A DNA stretch of 64,000 nucleotides from a bacterium (GTDB lineage: Bacteria; Oederibacteriota; PGYV01; Palsa-1178), in NCBI GenBank assembly GCA_037138355.1, contig JBAXIL010000002.1:23233-87232 (forward strand), given 5' to 3'. The translations under genes and the position numbers were made by a program. Positions 10,065 through 19,273 of the stretch are shown piece by piece (the stretch's first letter is position 1; each line of letters begins with the position of its first letter). Under the pieces are notes generated by a model, which was not told the origin of the DNA, searched no databases, and saw only the letters and a list, made by a program, of their open reading frames with translations.

Positions 10065-11814
10065 CTATCTTTTCTTCCTTATTAAGTTTAAATTGTAAAT
10101 TGTAAAGTTTTGTATAAACTCCGTTCTTTTTAATTAAGGAATCATGACTTCCTTCTTCAACTATAATATTATTATCTACCACTATTATATTTGCCGCATT
10201 TCTTACCGTAGAAAGCCTATGAGCTATCACAAAAGCTGTTCTGTTTTTCATTAGATTATTTATAGCTTCCTGTACGAGTATTTCTGATTCCGAATCGAGC
10301 GAAGAAGTGGCTTCGTCAAGTATTAGGATTGGTGGATTTTTCAGAATAGCTCTGGCTATTGCCATTCTCTGCCTCTGACCACCAGAAAGTCTCACGCCTC
10401 TATCTCCAATTAAAGTGTCATATTTTTCTGGCAGTTTTTCTATAAACTCTGAAGCATTAGCCGCACGCGCTGCCATTTCAACTTTACCCATATCATTTGT
10501 CTCTAAACCATATGATATATTGTTTTTTATTGAGTCATTAAACAGTATGGTTTCCTGAGTAACTATACCTATAAGATTACGCAAAGACTCAATTTTAATA
10601 TCTTTTATATCTATTCCGTCAATGGTAATAAGGCCTTTCTTAACATCATAAAATCTGGCAAGTAAATCCGCCAAAGTACTTTTGCCTGCCCCTGAAGGTC
10701 CAACGACGGCAAATATCTGTCCTTTATTTATTTTAAAGTTTACATCTCTTAAAACATCCTGACCTTCTACATAATTAAAACTAATATTTTTAAATTCAAC
10801 TGATGATTTGAATTCATTTAACTCTTTTGGAACTTCCGACTCTACTATTTCAGGTTTCGTGTCAAGAATAGTAAATATTCTTTCAGCTGCTGCCAAAGCC
10901 TGCTGTATAACATTATTAATATCATTTAATTTTTTAATCTGCGGATAAAGTGCCGTCAAGCCACCAACAAAGGCAAAGAATGTGCCCGCCGTAAGTTCGC
11001 CTTTAATTACTGCTGTTCCAGCCGCCCAAACAAGTACGGCAACGCCTATGGCACCAATTGACTCCATTACTGGAGAAGACATAATATATGCCCTTGTCCC
11101 CCTCATGGTATGGTCAAAAAGACTTGATAGTTCAGCATTAAATTTTTTACGCTCATAATTTTCCATGCCAAAAGCTTTTACTATTCGTATTCCATTAAAA
11201 GTTTCATTTAAAATTGATGTTAAAGTTCCCATTTTCAGCTGTACATTTCCAGCAGCAGATTTTATTATTTTACCAAATTTTGATATCGGTAATATGGCAA
11301 TCGGAAAAATAACAATTGTAATTAAAGCAAATTTCCAGCTTAAGAAAAAAAGAAGCCCAACCAATCCAGCGATAGTTAGCACACTTCCAACTAAGCTCCC
11401 AAGCAGATTCGCAAGCGCTCCTTGCACCATTTGCACATCATTAGTGATTCTTGATATAAGAATTCCTATTTTTTGGTTATTAAAAAAGTTCATTGAAAGA
11501 CCAGTTATATGTTCATAAAGCTGCTTTCTCATATTCAAAATAATTTTTGTTCCAACATAATTTATTAGATAACTTTGTATATAACCACATACTCCTTTAA
11601 AAACAAAAATAACTATTATGGCAACTGGAAGAATACTTATCCAATGTATGGCCTCGGTCTTATCAGGGTTTGCAAGAATTTTATCTATGACAGGCTTAAT
11701 CACATACATAGATGCGGCCGTCAAACCAGATGTAAAAATCATGAAAATCATGGCCGTAATAACTCTGTCCATGTAGGGGCTCATGTATTTTAATAATCTC
11801 TTGTAAGTATTCAT
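10048..11814 (-). CDS. msbA: Lipid A export ABC transporter permease/ATPase (MsbA-like)
   Basis: N-terminal TM domain, GPSGAGKST, LSGGQRQR, ILDEATS, IAHRLST; heads LPS operon. Confidence 0.85.
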   Translation of the reverse strand: MNTYKRLLKYMSPYMDRVITAMIFMIFTSGLTAASMYVIKPVIDKILANPDKTEAIHWISILPVAIIVIFVFKGVCGYIQSYLINYVGTKIILNMRKQLYEHITGLSMNFFNNQKIGILISRITNDVQMVQGALANLLGSLVGSVLTIAGLVGLLFFLSWKFALITIVIFPIAILPISKFGKIIKSAAGNVQLKMGTLTSILNETFNGIRIVKAFGMENYERKKFNAELSSLFDHTMRGTRAYIMSSPVMESIGAIGVAVLVWAAGTAVIKGELTAGTFFAFVGGLTALYPQIKKLNDINNVIQQALAAAERIFTILDTKPEIVESEVPKELNEFKSSVEFKNISFNYVEGQDVLRDVNFKINKGQIFAVVGPSGAGKSTLADLLARFYDVKKGLITIDGIDIKDIKIESLRNLIGIVTQETILFNDSIKNNISYGLETNDMGKVEMAARAANASEFIEKLPEKYDTLIGDRGVRLSGGQRQRMAIARAILKNPPILILDEATSSLDSESEILVQEAINNLMKNRTAFVIAHRLSTVRNAANIIVVDNNIIVEEGSHDSLIKKNGVYTKLYNLQFKLNKEEKIDEIQK

Positions 11815-11894
11815 TTTTCTCCTTTAAACAATGGTTAAAGATTAAGTTTTCCTGATTTGCTTCCGATGAAACTTAATGAAACAAAAGATATGTT

Positions 11895-11923
11895 ATTTTA
11901 GACGATTTTAGCAGGTAGGTCAA
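11895..11923 (-). promoter_or_regulatory. Putative sigma70 promoter of the msbA operon
   Basis: TTGACC-17 bp-TAAAAT. Confidence 0.6.
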
Positions 11924-12016
11924 GGTAAAATATAGACAGCAATTTTTCCATACTTATAAGTAAAAACTTCAAAAAAGTGAATAGTTCTTGTCAATATTTC
12001 CTTAATAATGTGATAT

Positions 12017-12730
12017 TTAATTGCCTTTAATTTGCTTAATAAGTTCTGAATCCTCTGGTATATCAACTGAAACTTCTTCTCCAGTGTTTGTCCCAATATA
12101 CTTCACTGAGGCCGCTAAAAGCGCAGGAAAGATTTTCCTTAGTTCTTTAATTCTGCCTGAAGCTGCAATAGAGGTTTTCCATACTTCCTGCAATTTCTCT
12201 CCAGGCTTACCATTTTTAGCATTGAAGGCATCTATAATAATGTATTTTTTATAAGAAGTATATTCACCTATTTGACTGGCAAAACCAGTCACACCATATT
12301 GAGGTTGCACAGAAGTTATGGAATATTGATTGGTGCCTGTATTATCAGAATTATTGGTCTGACTCGACTGCGTATATATATCCACTCCAGTTTGTCCCCA
12401 TACAGGAGTGGAATATGAATAAGTATGTGTTTCTGGATCTCCCACTCCGTATGAAAGATATATTTCCAGTTCTGCATGTTTTGCTGCACTTGCCAAAACA
12501 AAGCCTTGCATAGACATAGTTTTAACAAGTAATCCAGCAAATTCTTTAAACTGAAGGTCAGTTGCACTTATGTCTTTATTACCTGGCAATATTTGATAAA
12601 TTTTACTACTTACAGCAGTCATATCGCTAATGGAATCAATTTGAACATGATATGCTCTCACACATCCAGATACAGTAAATAAAATAACAAATAAAATCCC
12701 AGCAAAAAGTGAATGCTTGTATAAATGCAT
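12017..12730 (-). CDS. Hypothetical lipoprotein (DUF4136-like)
   Basis: Lipobox TVSGC; YGVG..PVWGQTG..PQYGVTG..EVWKT pattern. Confidence 0.6.
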   Translation of the reverse strand: MHLYKHSLFAGILFVILFTVSGCVRAYHVQIDSISDMTAVSSKIYQILPGNKDISATDLQFKEFAGLLVKTMSMQGFVLASAAKHAELEIYLSYGVGDPETHTYSYSTPVWGQTGVDIYTQSSQTNNSDNTGTNQYSITSVQPQYGVTGFASQIGEYTSYKKYIIIDAFNAKNGKPGEKLQEVWKTSIAASGRIKELRKIFPALLAASVKYIGTNTGEEVSVDIPEDSELIKQIKGN

Positions 12731-12781
12731 TTGAACTCCTTTTCTTAAAATAGAATATCATTCAAAAACTTATCTTTTTTT

Positions 12782-13300
12782 TTAATAATGCAGCATTGAA
12801 TAAACTTTATGCGGTTTCAGTTTTTCATTTCCTTTTAAGAAATCAAGCTCAATAATAAAAGCAAATTCAACTATTTTTCCACCACATTTATCAACCAACT
12901 TAGCTACAGCTCCAGCAGTGCCACCTGTAGCTAAAACATCATCTATAACTAACACTTTTTCGCCTTTACCTATGGCATCCTTATGTATTTCAAGCGAGTC
13001 AGTGCCGTACTCAAGAGCATACTCTTGTTTGTAAACTGGCCTTGGTAATTTCCCTGGCTTGCGCACTGGAACAAGCGAAGCCCCTAACTTATACGCAAGC
13101 GGTGCCCCAAGCAAAAAACCTCGTGCTTCTACACTCACAACTGTATCTATACCTTTATTTTTATACCTTTTAGCCAAAAAATCTATTAATTTTTTAAACG
13201 ATTCTTTATCTTTAAAAAGCGGTGTTAAATCCTTAAAAATAATTCCTTTTTTGGGGAAATCTGGTACATCTAAAACAATTTTTCTCAATTTTTTTTCCAT
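12782..13300 (-). CDS. apt: Adenine phosphoribosyltransferase
   Basis: PDFPKKGIIFKD, EARGF, RKPGKLP, LEYG, IDDVLATGGT; likely start 13300 (ORF to 13312). Confidence 0.97.
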   Translation of the reverse strand: MEKKLRKIVLDVPDFPKKGIIFKDLTPLFKDKESFKKLIDFLAKRYKNKGIDTVVSVEARGFLLGAPLAYKLGASLVPVRKPGKLPRPVYKQEYALEYGTDSLEIHKDAIGKGEKVLVIDDVLATGGTAGAVAKLVDKCGGKIVEFAFIIELDFLKGNEKLKPHKVYSMLHY

Positions 13301-13321
13301 AACGCTCTCCATTTTTTGTAT

Positions 13322-14386
13322 TTAATCTGAATTTTTTATGAGATTTTTTAATTTTTTAATTGCAATAACCTCTATCTGCCTAATCCTCTCCCTTGTTAAC
13401 TTCAATTTCGCCCCAATTTCCTCAAGAGTATGAACATTTCTATTATTAATTCCAAATCTACTCATTATTACTTCCTGTTCCTTTGGCTTTAATTTAGAAA
13501 CTAATTCTAATATTTTTTCATTTTTATCTTTTTCAAAAAAGTCATCGTCTGGTTTAATGATAGATAGATTTTCCGTAGTATCTTTTAAGCTTCTCGTATT
13601 ATCAGAATCTTCATTTTCATACTCCATATCAAGAGATTTAGGAGTTTTTACAATATTTAGAATCTCATATAGTTTAAGAGGTTCTATCCCGAGTTTTTTT
13701 GCCACATCCTCTTTTTCAGGAAAACGACCTGTATCTTTTATCTCTTTTTCTATTAATTTCAAATACTTATGATATATATCCAGTATATGTACTGGTATTC
13801 TTATTGTATTTTTTTGGTTAGCTATGGCACGATTTACTGACTGTTTTATCCACCAAGTTGCATAAGTCGAGAATCTAAAGCCAAAAGCTGGTTTAAACTT
13901 TTCTAAAGCTTTCATTAAACCTATGTTTCCTTCTTCTATGAGGTCTATGATAGGAACACCTAAATAGTCATACCGTCTTGCAATTTTAACAACAAGTTTA
14001 AGATTTGCCCTTATTACTTTTTCTCTCGCTGGGACATTACCACTTTGTGCTTTTTTTATATAATCTTTTTCCTCAGCTTGAGTCAATATTTTTTCTTTCC
14101 TTATATCTTCAAAATATAGCATTAATGAATCTTTGGATGCCAGACCTCTTTTTTCCTCAACAATCTCATCTTTTACATCTTTGTCTGTTTCTGGTTCTTC
14201 CACATCATTTTTAATCATATCGTTTATAATCTCAATATCTTCATCTTTAATATTTTCAGTTACATCTTTGTTGACCAAAAGTTTTTTTAATTGAGGCGTA
14301 GTTTTAGTTTGCAACTGCTTCTTGGTGATATTTTTTTTCATGGTTGTTTTTACAACACTTTTCTTTTTAGTCATATTTTTTTTCAT
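13322..14386 (-). CDS. Group 2 sigma-70 factor (RpoS-like, no region 1.1)
   Basis: NLKLVVKIA, DLIEEGNIGL, RFSTYATWWIKQ..RAIANQ..IRIPVH, TLEEIG..LTRERIRQIE. Confidence 0.88.
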   Translation of the reverse strand: MKKNMTKKKSVVKTTMKKNITKKQLQTKTTPQLKKLLVNKDVTENIKDEDIEIINDMIKNDVEEPETDKDVKDEIVEEKRGLASKDSLMLYFEDIRKEKILTQAEEKDYIKKAQSGNVPAREKVIRANLKLVVKIARRYDYLGVPIIDLIEEGNIGLMKALEKFKPAFGFRFSTYATWWIKQSVNRAIANQKNTIRIPVHILDIYHKYLKLIEKEIKDTGRFPEKEDVAKKLGIEPLKLYEILNIVKTPKSLDMEYENEDSDNTRSLKDTTENLSIIKPDDDFFEKDKNEKILELVSKLKPKEQEVIMSRFGINNRNVHTLEEIGAKLKLTRERIRQIEVIAIKKLKNLIKNSD

Positions 14387-14393
14387 AACACCC

Positions 14394-14684
14394 TCAATAG
14401 CCCGGATAGTGTAATATCATAAATTCGCTATTGTTTGTCTTTGCCGGGATTTCATTTTTAATTATTGTATCTACAACATAAAAGTCACTTGGTTCTGTGA
14501 TTTTGTTTATAAACTCATCAATCAAAATTTTATTTCCAAATACTTCAACTTCAACACTTCTATTAGGCAAATTCATAACAGAACCAGTCAAGCCCAAAGC
14601 TGTTGCAACTTCTTGGCAATAAGATCTGTAACCAACTCCCTGTACTGTCCCTGTAATCATTATTTGATAACCTATTTGTTTCAT
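14394..14684 (-). CDS. acyP: Acylphosphatase
   Basis: GTVQGVGYR, GSVMNLPNRSVE. Confidence 0.88.
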   Translation of the reverse strand: MKQIGYQIMITGTVQGVGYRSYCQEVATALGLTGSVMNLPNRSVEVEVFGNKILIDEFINKITEPSDFYVVDTIIKNEIPAKTNNSEFMILHYPGY

Positions 14685-14729
14685 TTATGGGCACCTCAAA
14701 AATATTTGAGATTTACAATCCATATAGAA

Positions 14730-15449
14730 CTATTGCAGATAAGTAATACCAAATACAAAATAATTACTTATAAATGTCCCCATTTCTTTAGCCTGTGAAA
14801 TCTTTTCAATTCCTCTTATGGAAAAATCAACACTCAAATTCTGATTGAAGCTTATTTTAACTCCTGCATTAAATGTACTTTTATCATATTCAAGCATAAC
14901 AAGTACGGTATCAGCCACAACAGTTGATACATTCGCAGCAAACCCCCAATCAGAAAGACTTGAATTTCCAACAGCGAGCTGTTTTTTAACGCCTAATGTA
15001 ATATCCGTGTCCCACAACTTTTTTGAAACAGCTGCATATAGCTTATAATCCTCATGATTAATATTCTGAATAATATTTACTGGCAGTTTTTCTAATCCTG
15101 CTGCCACGCTCACAAAATATTTGTCTTCATTTAAAATTTTTGCTTTTGCATTAAATGATAGTGTTTTTAATATTTCAATAAAAGCCGAAGAAATCCCAAA
15201 ATCAATAGAAGTTCCTGCTTCAAAAATATCAAAAACTCCATAATTGAATTTTAGTATGAACTTGTGAAGTCCTATGCTATATCTTCCATTTTCCAAAATA
15301 TATGCTGACTGATTATTAATAAAACCACCACAACCATTTATTGAAGGAGCCACTAAAAAATGATCAACATCTACAGTTGACGAAAAAGCTGCAGAAAAGA
15401 AGAATGTAAAAAGCAGAACAAAAATCAATGTTAATTTTCTAAAATTCAC
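14730..15449 (-). CDS. Exported protein, probable YjbH-like beta-barrel
   Basis: Signal peptide; PSINGCGGFINNQSAYIL motif; alternating beta-strands. Confidence 0.5.
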   Translation of the reverse strand: MNFRKLTLIFVLLFTFFFSAAFSSTVDVDHFLVAPSINGCGGFINNQSAYILENGRYSIGLHKFILKFNYGVFDIFEAGTSIDFGISSAFIEILKTLSFNAKAKILNEDKYFVSVAAGLEKLPVNIIQNINHEDYKLYAAVSKKLWDTDITLGVKKQLAVGNSSLSDWGFAANVSTVVADTVLVMLEYDKSTFNAGVKISFNQNLSVDFSIRGIEKISQAKEMGTFISNYFVFGITYLQ

Positions 15450-15470
15450 AACATTCTCCTCTATTTATTA

Positions 15471-15547
15471 TGGTCGGGGTGACTGGTCTCGAACCAGCGA
15501 CCTCTCGCACCCCAAGCGAGTGCGCTAGCCAACTGCGCTACACCCCG
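15471..15547 (-). tRNA. tRNA-Pro(GGG)
   Basis: CGGGGTG acceptor stem, anticodon arm CTCGC-TTGGGGT-GCGAG, GGTTCGAGACC T-arm, encoded CCA. Confidence 0.96.
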
Positions 15548-15705
15548 CCTCATTAATTTATTTTCAATTTTAATCGGGCGTGTGTCCATATAAACCTATA
15601 ATACCATTTCCTTAATATTGTTTATAGGGGCTACACCCCGTTACCTTATTATATTTCAATTCAAAACGGCGTGTGTCCGTATCAACCAATAATACTACTT
15701 CAAAA
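15537..15705. repeat. Degenerate ~93-bp tandem duplication including the first 11 nt of tRNA-Pro
   Basis: gctacaccccg at 15537 and 15630; cgg(g)cgtgtgtcc at 15575 and 15667; tttcaatt and ataatac also repeated. Confidence 0.7.
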
Positions 15706-15713
15706 CAATACTT

Positions 15714-16070
15714 CTAATTTTCCAACATATGCAAAGCTTCTATAATTTCTTTTCTTATATCTTTGAGCTTATCTGTTGTCAATTTTTCTTCTACTCCAAA
15801 AAGTTCCATTTGCTGTCCATCAATTTCTGCTAAAACTTCCTTTAATCTTTTTTGTGCGCCGCTTATCTTAAACTCATCATTATAGAGAAGCTTTTTAATA
15901 ATAAAAACCATATCAATATCTGTTTTTGTGTATTTTCTTTGACCAACCCTATTTTTAATAGGATGAAGTTCTTCGAAATTCTGCTCCCAAAATCTAATTA
16001 CCGACTCTCTAACTCCAGTTAATTGTGCCACTTCGCGTATTGGATAGTACTTTTTGTCTTTTACATCCAT
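15714..16070 (-). CDS. MerR-family HTH regulator (ihfA/tRNA-Pro-linked type)
   Basis: YYPIREVA..VIRFWE..F..L.P.K...GQRKY..D...IKKLLY...FKISGA. Confidence 0.85.
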   Translation of the reverse strand: MDVKDKKYYPIREVAQLTGVRESVIRFWEQNFEELHPIKNRVGQRKYTKTDIDMVFIIKKLLYNDEFKISGAQKRLKEVLAEIDGQQMELFGVEEKLTTDKLKDIRKEIIEALHMLEN

Positions 16071-16119
16071 TAATTTGCTCCTTAAAAGCCCATCACAAAC
16101 AACTAGTGATTTAGGCCGT

Positions 16120-17121
16120 TTATATAAGAAACTCTTTCTCGGATTTTGCCGGTCTATTCATCAAATCTCTCACTGAATCATGAGGTGATTTGTTTTCATA
16201 TAGTGCTTTATAAACTTCATTACAAATAGGCATATCAACTTTATATTTTTTAGAAAGTTTGTAAATCGAAAGTGTAGATTTTACCCCTTCTGCCACCATG
16301 ACCATACCAGAAAGAATATCTTCAATTTTTTTACCAAGTCCAAGCTGTTCCCCCACAAACCTATTTCGCGAATGCTTGCTATTGCAAGTGACTATCAAAT
16401 CACCTATTCCAGATAGTCCAAAAAATGTATCCTCTTCAGCCCCCATAGCAACACCCAGGCGTCTCATCTCAGCCAGCCCTCTGGTTAAAAGTGCAGCTTT
16501 TGTATTGTCGCCAGTATTTAGTCCATCAAGTGTTCCTGCTGCTATTGCAATTACATTTTTTACAGAACCGCCTATTTCCACTCCCATAACATCAATTCTG
16601 GTATAAGTTCTAAAATAATTTGTAATGAACATCGCCTGTATAATATCTGCAAGTTTTTTATCCTTAGATGCGACTACCACTGTGGTAGGAACACGACGGC
16701 CTACCTCTTCTGCGTGCGAAGGCCCAGATAATACAGCAGTTTTTACTTTTCCCAGTTCATCCTTGATTACCTGCGTCATAGTCATAAGCGTCTCTTGTTC
16801 TATACCTTTTATAACACTAATATAAACTTTCTTTTTAAAATCAAGTTTTTTAATATTTTTAAGCAATGACCTTAATATATGTGATGGTATAGCAAGAACT
16901 ATATAATCCGAAGCTTCAAGGGCTTCTTTTAAGTCCGAAGTAATCTTAATAGTTGATGGTATTTTTACGCCTTTCAAGAATTTTATATTCTCTTTCTTTT
17001 CATTAAGAATTTTTGCATAGTCCTCAAAAAATTCCCAAAGTATGACCTCATTATTTCTTTCACTTAAAAGAACAGCTAAAGCTGTTCCCCATCCACCTGC
17101 GCCAAGAACAGATACCTTCAT
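16120..17121 (-). CDS. gpsA: NAD(P)H-dependent glycerol-3-phosphate dehydrogenase
   Basis: GAGGWGTALA, KGIE, LSGPSHA, KNVIAIA, GDLIVTC.S.HSRN. Confidence 0.96.
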   Translation of the reverse strand: MKVSVLGAGGWGTALAVLLSERNNEVILWEFFEDYAKILNEKKENIKFLKGVKIPSTIKITSDLKEALEASDYIVLAIPSHILRSLLKNIKKLDFKKKVYISVIKGIEQETLMTMTQVIKDELGKVKTAVLSGPSHAEEVGRRVPTTVVVASKDKKLADIIQAMFITNYFRTYTRIDVMGVEIGGSVKNVIAIAAGTLDGLNTGDNTKAALLTRGLAEMRRLGVAMGAEEDTFFGLSGIGDLIVTCNSKHSRNRFVGEQLGLGKKIEDILSGMVMVAEGVKSTLSIYKLSKKYKVDMPICNEVYKALYENKSPHDSVRDLMNRPAKSEKEFLI

Positions 17122-17756
17122 TTTTTTTCTTCCTTTTCTGAAATCGGTTTAAATTCAAACTTGTTTTCAGTTCCTTCAATCAGCCTTTTTATATTTGCCT
17201 TATGTTTATATATCACAAAAGTAGCAAGTGCCACTGCTAATAAAATCACGAGATTCAAGTAACCGCCTTCTCCAAAAATAAATATAAATACAGGCAGCAA
17301 AAATGAACAAAGGATAGAACCTAAAGATATGTATTTGAAAAAATATAATAGGATTGAAAAAACAACAAGATCTGCAAAAACCGAATATGGAGCAAGTGCT
17401 AAAAATACTCCAAGAGCCGTTGCCACACCCTTGCCACCTTTAAAATTAAGAAAAATAGTAAAAGTATGACCCAATACCGCTGAAGCTGCAGCTATCAAAA
17501 CAACTCCAGGATATCTAACTCCAAATAACTTATCAATCACAATAAGTGGTATATATCCTTTCAAGGCATCAAGTAATAGTACCCACAAAAAGCCCTTCAT
17601 ACCAAGCACACGCTGAACATTGGTAGCTCCGATATTACCGCTACCTACCGTTCTAACATCTATGCCTTTTGTATATTTAACCAATAGATATCCTGACGGA
17701 ATTGAGCCAATTATATACGGAACGATAAGCGCTGTTAATATTGCAATAAAAATCAT
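17118..17756 (-). CDS. plsY: Glycerol-3-phosphate acyltransferase
   Basis: GSIPSG, GSGNIGATN, DALKG, FKGGKGVAT, HKANI.RL. Confidence 0.95.
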   Translation of the reverse strand: MIFIAILTALIVPYIIGSIPSGYLLVKYTKGIDVRTVGSGNIGATNVQRVLGMKGFLWVLLLDALKGYIPLIVIDKLFGVRYPGVVLIAAASAVLGHTFTIFLNFKGGKGVATALGVFLALAPYSVFADLVVFSILLYFFKYISLGSILCSFLLPVFIFIFGEGGYLNLVILLAVALATFVIYKHKANIKRLIEGTENKFEFKPISEKEEKK

Positions 17757-17778
17757 AGTGCTTGCCTCCTAAAAACTT

Positions 17779-19113
17779 TTATTTTTCTTCTTGTTTCACT
17801 TTTGTTTTAATTTTAAGCCTTATTGGTGCGCCTTCAAAACCAAAGGTCGCCCTCAAACTATTTTCCAAGTATCTGGTATAGGACACATGAAGTTTTTCTT
17901 TTTTATTAACAAATACCGCAAATGTAGGAGGTGCTGTTTCAACCTGAGATAAATAATACACTTTGACATCTCCCTTTTTTGAAAAAGGAGCTTTTTCATG
18001 AACTGCCTGCTGAAACATTTTATTTAGAAGACCAGTTTTAACTCTAAAATTATACTGACTCTCAACATAAAATACAACTTCAATTAGCTTTTCAAGGCCT
18101 CTCTTCTCTTTTGCGGAAATAAATACCAAAGGTGCGTAGGATGCAAACTTCATTTCTTCACGAATATATTCAGTAAACTCAGTTCTCATACTTTCTCTTT
18201 TTTCATAAGGAATCAAATCCCACTTATTTGCAGCAATTAAAACCGCCTTATAATTTGCTGCCGCATAGCCGAGAATTTTTTTATCAGTTTCTGTAACGCC
18301 CATAGTACAATCAAGCACCAGTATTACCATGTCTCCGCGCTTTATATTCATGAAAGCTCTGCCTATGGAATATGCTTCAACTTTTTTCTTTATGTTCTTT
18401 CTTTTCTTGACTCCTGCCGTATCAATAAGAAGCAATTTTTTTCCTTCTATTTCAACAAGAGTATCTATAGAATCCCTTGTTGTGCCAGGAATATCAGTAA
18501 CTATGGAACGCTCTTCTTTAACCAAAGCATTAAAAAGAGATGACTTCCCAACATTTTCCCTACCTAATATGGCTACCTTTGTAATTTTTTCTTCTATTTC
18601 TTTATCTTTCACTGATGGAATCTGATCAGTAATAAAGTCAAGCAAATCATCTAATCCGTATGAATGTGCCGCAGAAGTTGGAAATACATGGTCAACTCCA
18701 AGATTATAAAACTCATATACAAGTGATGCTTTTTCATGAGTATCTACCTTATTGGCAACCACTGCAAAATTCGTAGAATTACTCCTGATAAAATCAAAAA
18801 CTTCCCTGTCTTCAGGAACTATGCCAGTAGTGGCATCCACAACAAAAAGCACTAAATCTACATCCTTTATAACTTCTTTAACTATTTTAATTACTTCATT
18901 TTTAATCAAATCAGCATCATTAAAAAGAAGCCCGCCTGTATCTACTACTGTAAACGATTTTCCCATCCATTCAGCTTCGCCATATATTTTATCACGCGTA
19001 ACGCCAGGAAAATCATCGACTATTGCTTTTTGTCTGTTTATCAATTTGTTGAATATTGACGATTTGCCAACATTCTCTCTGCCTGCAATTAACACTGTAA
19101 AGTTTGTTTTCAT
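17779..19113 (-). CDS. der: Ribosome biogenesis GTPase Der (EngA)
   Basis: Two G domains (GRENVGKSS x2, GVTRD/GTTRD, DTGG/DTAG) and C-terminal KH-like PPTF. Confidence 0.96.
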   Translation of the reverse strand: MKTNFTVLIAGRENVGKSSIFNKLINRQKAIVDDFPGVTRDKIYGEAEWMGKSFTVVDTGGLLFNDADLIKNEVIKIVKEVIKDVDLVLFVVDATTGIVPEDREVFDFIRSNSTNFAVVANKVDTHEKASLVYEFYNLGVDHVFPTSAAHSYGLDDLLDFITDQIPSVKDKEIEEKITKVAILGRENVGKSSLFNALVKEERSIVTDIPGTTRDSIDTLVEIEGKKLLLIDTAGVKKRKNIKKKVEAYSIGRAFMNIKRGDMVILVLDCTMGVTETDKKILGYAAANYKAVLIAANKWDLIPYEKRESMRTEFTEYIREEMKFASYAPLVFISAKEKRGLEKLIEVVFYVESQYNFRVKTGLLNKMFQQAVHEKAPFSKKGDVKVYYLSQVETAPPTFAVFVNKKEKLHVSYTRYLENSLRATFGFEGAPIRLKIKTKVKQEEK

Positions 19114-19215
19114 AATACCCTTTCACAAATATAGTAATGCCAAAATACGTCAGTAAAGACGCTTAGTTAAGTATTATATGGCATAAATGATATAAAGCAA
19201 GAAAAAAAGGCATTA

Positions 19216-19241
19216 AATAAAGCAGTATATTCTGCTTTATT
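19216..19241. terminator. Hairpin downstream of the CpaF fusion gene
   Basis: aataaagcag-tatatt-ctgctttatt perfect inverted repeat. Confidence 0.45.
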
Positions 19242-19273
19242 CATGTGGAGAATCAACATAACTATTAATTTGG

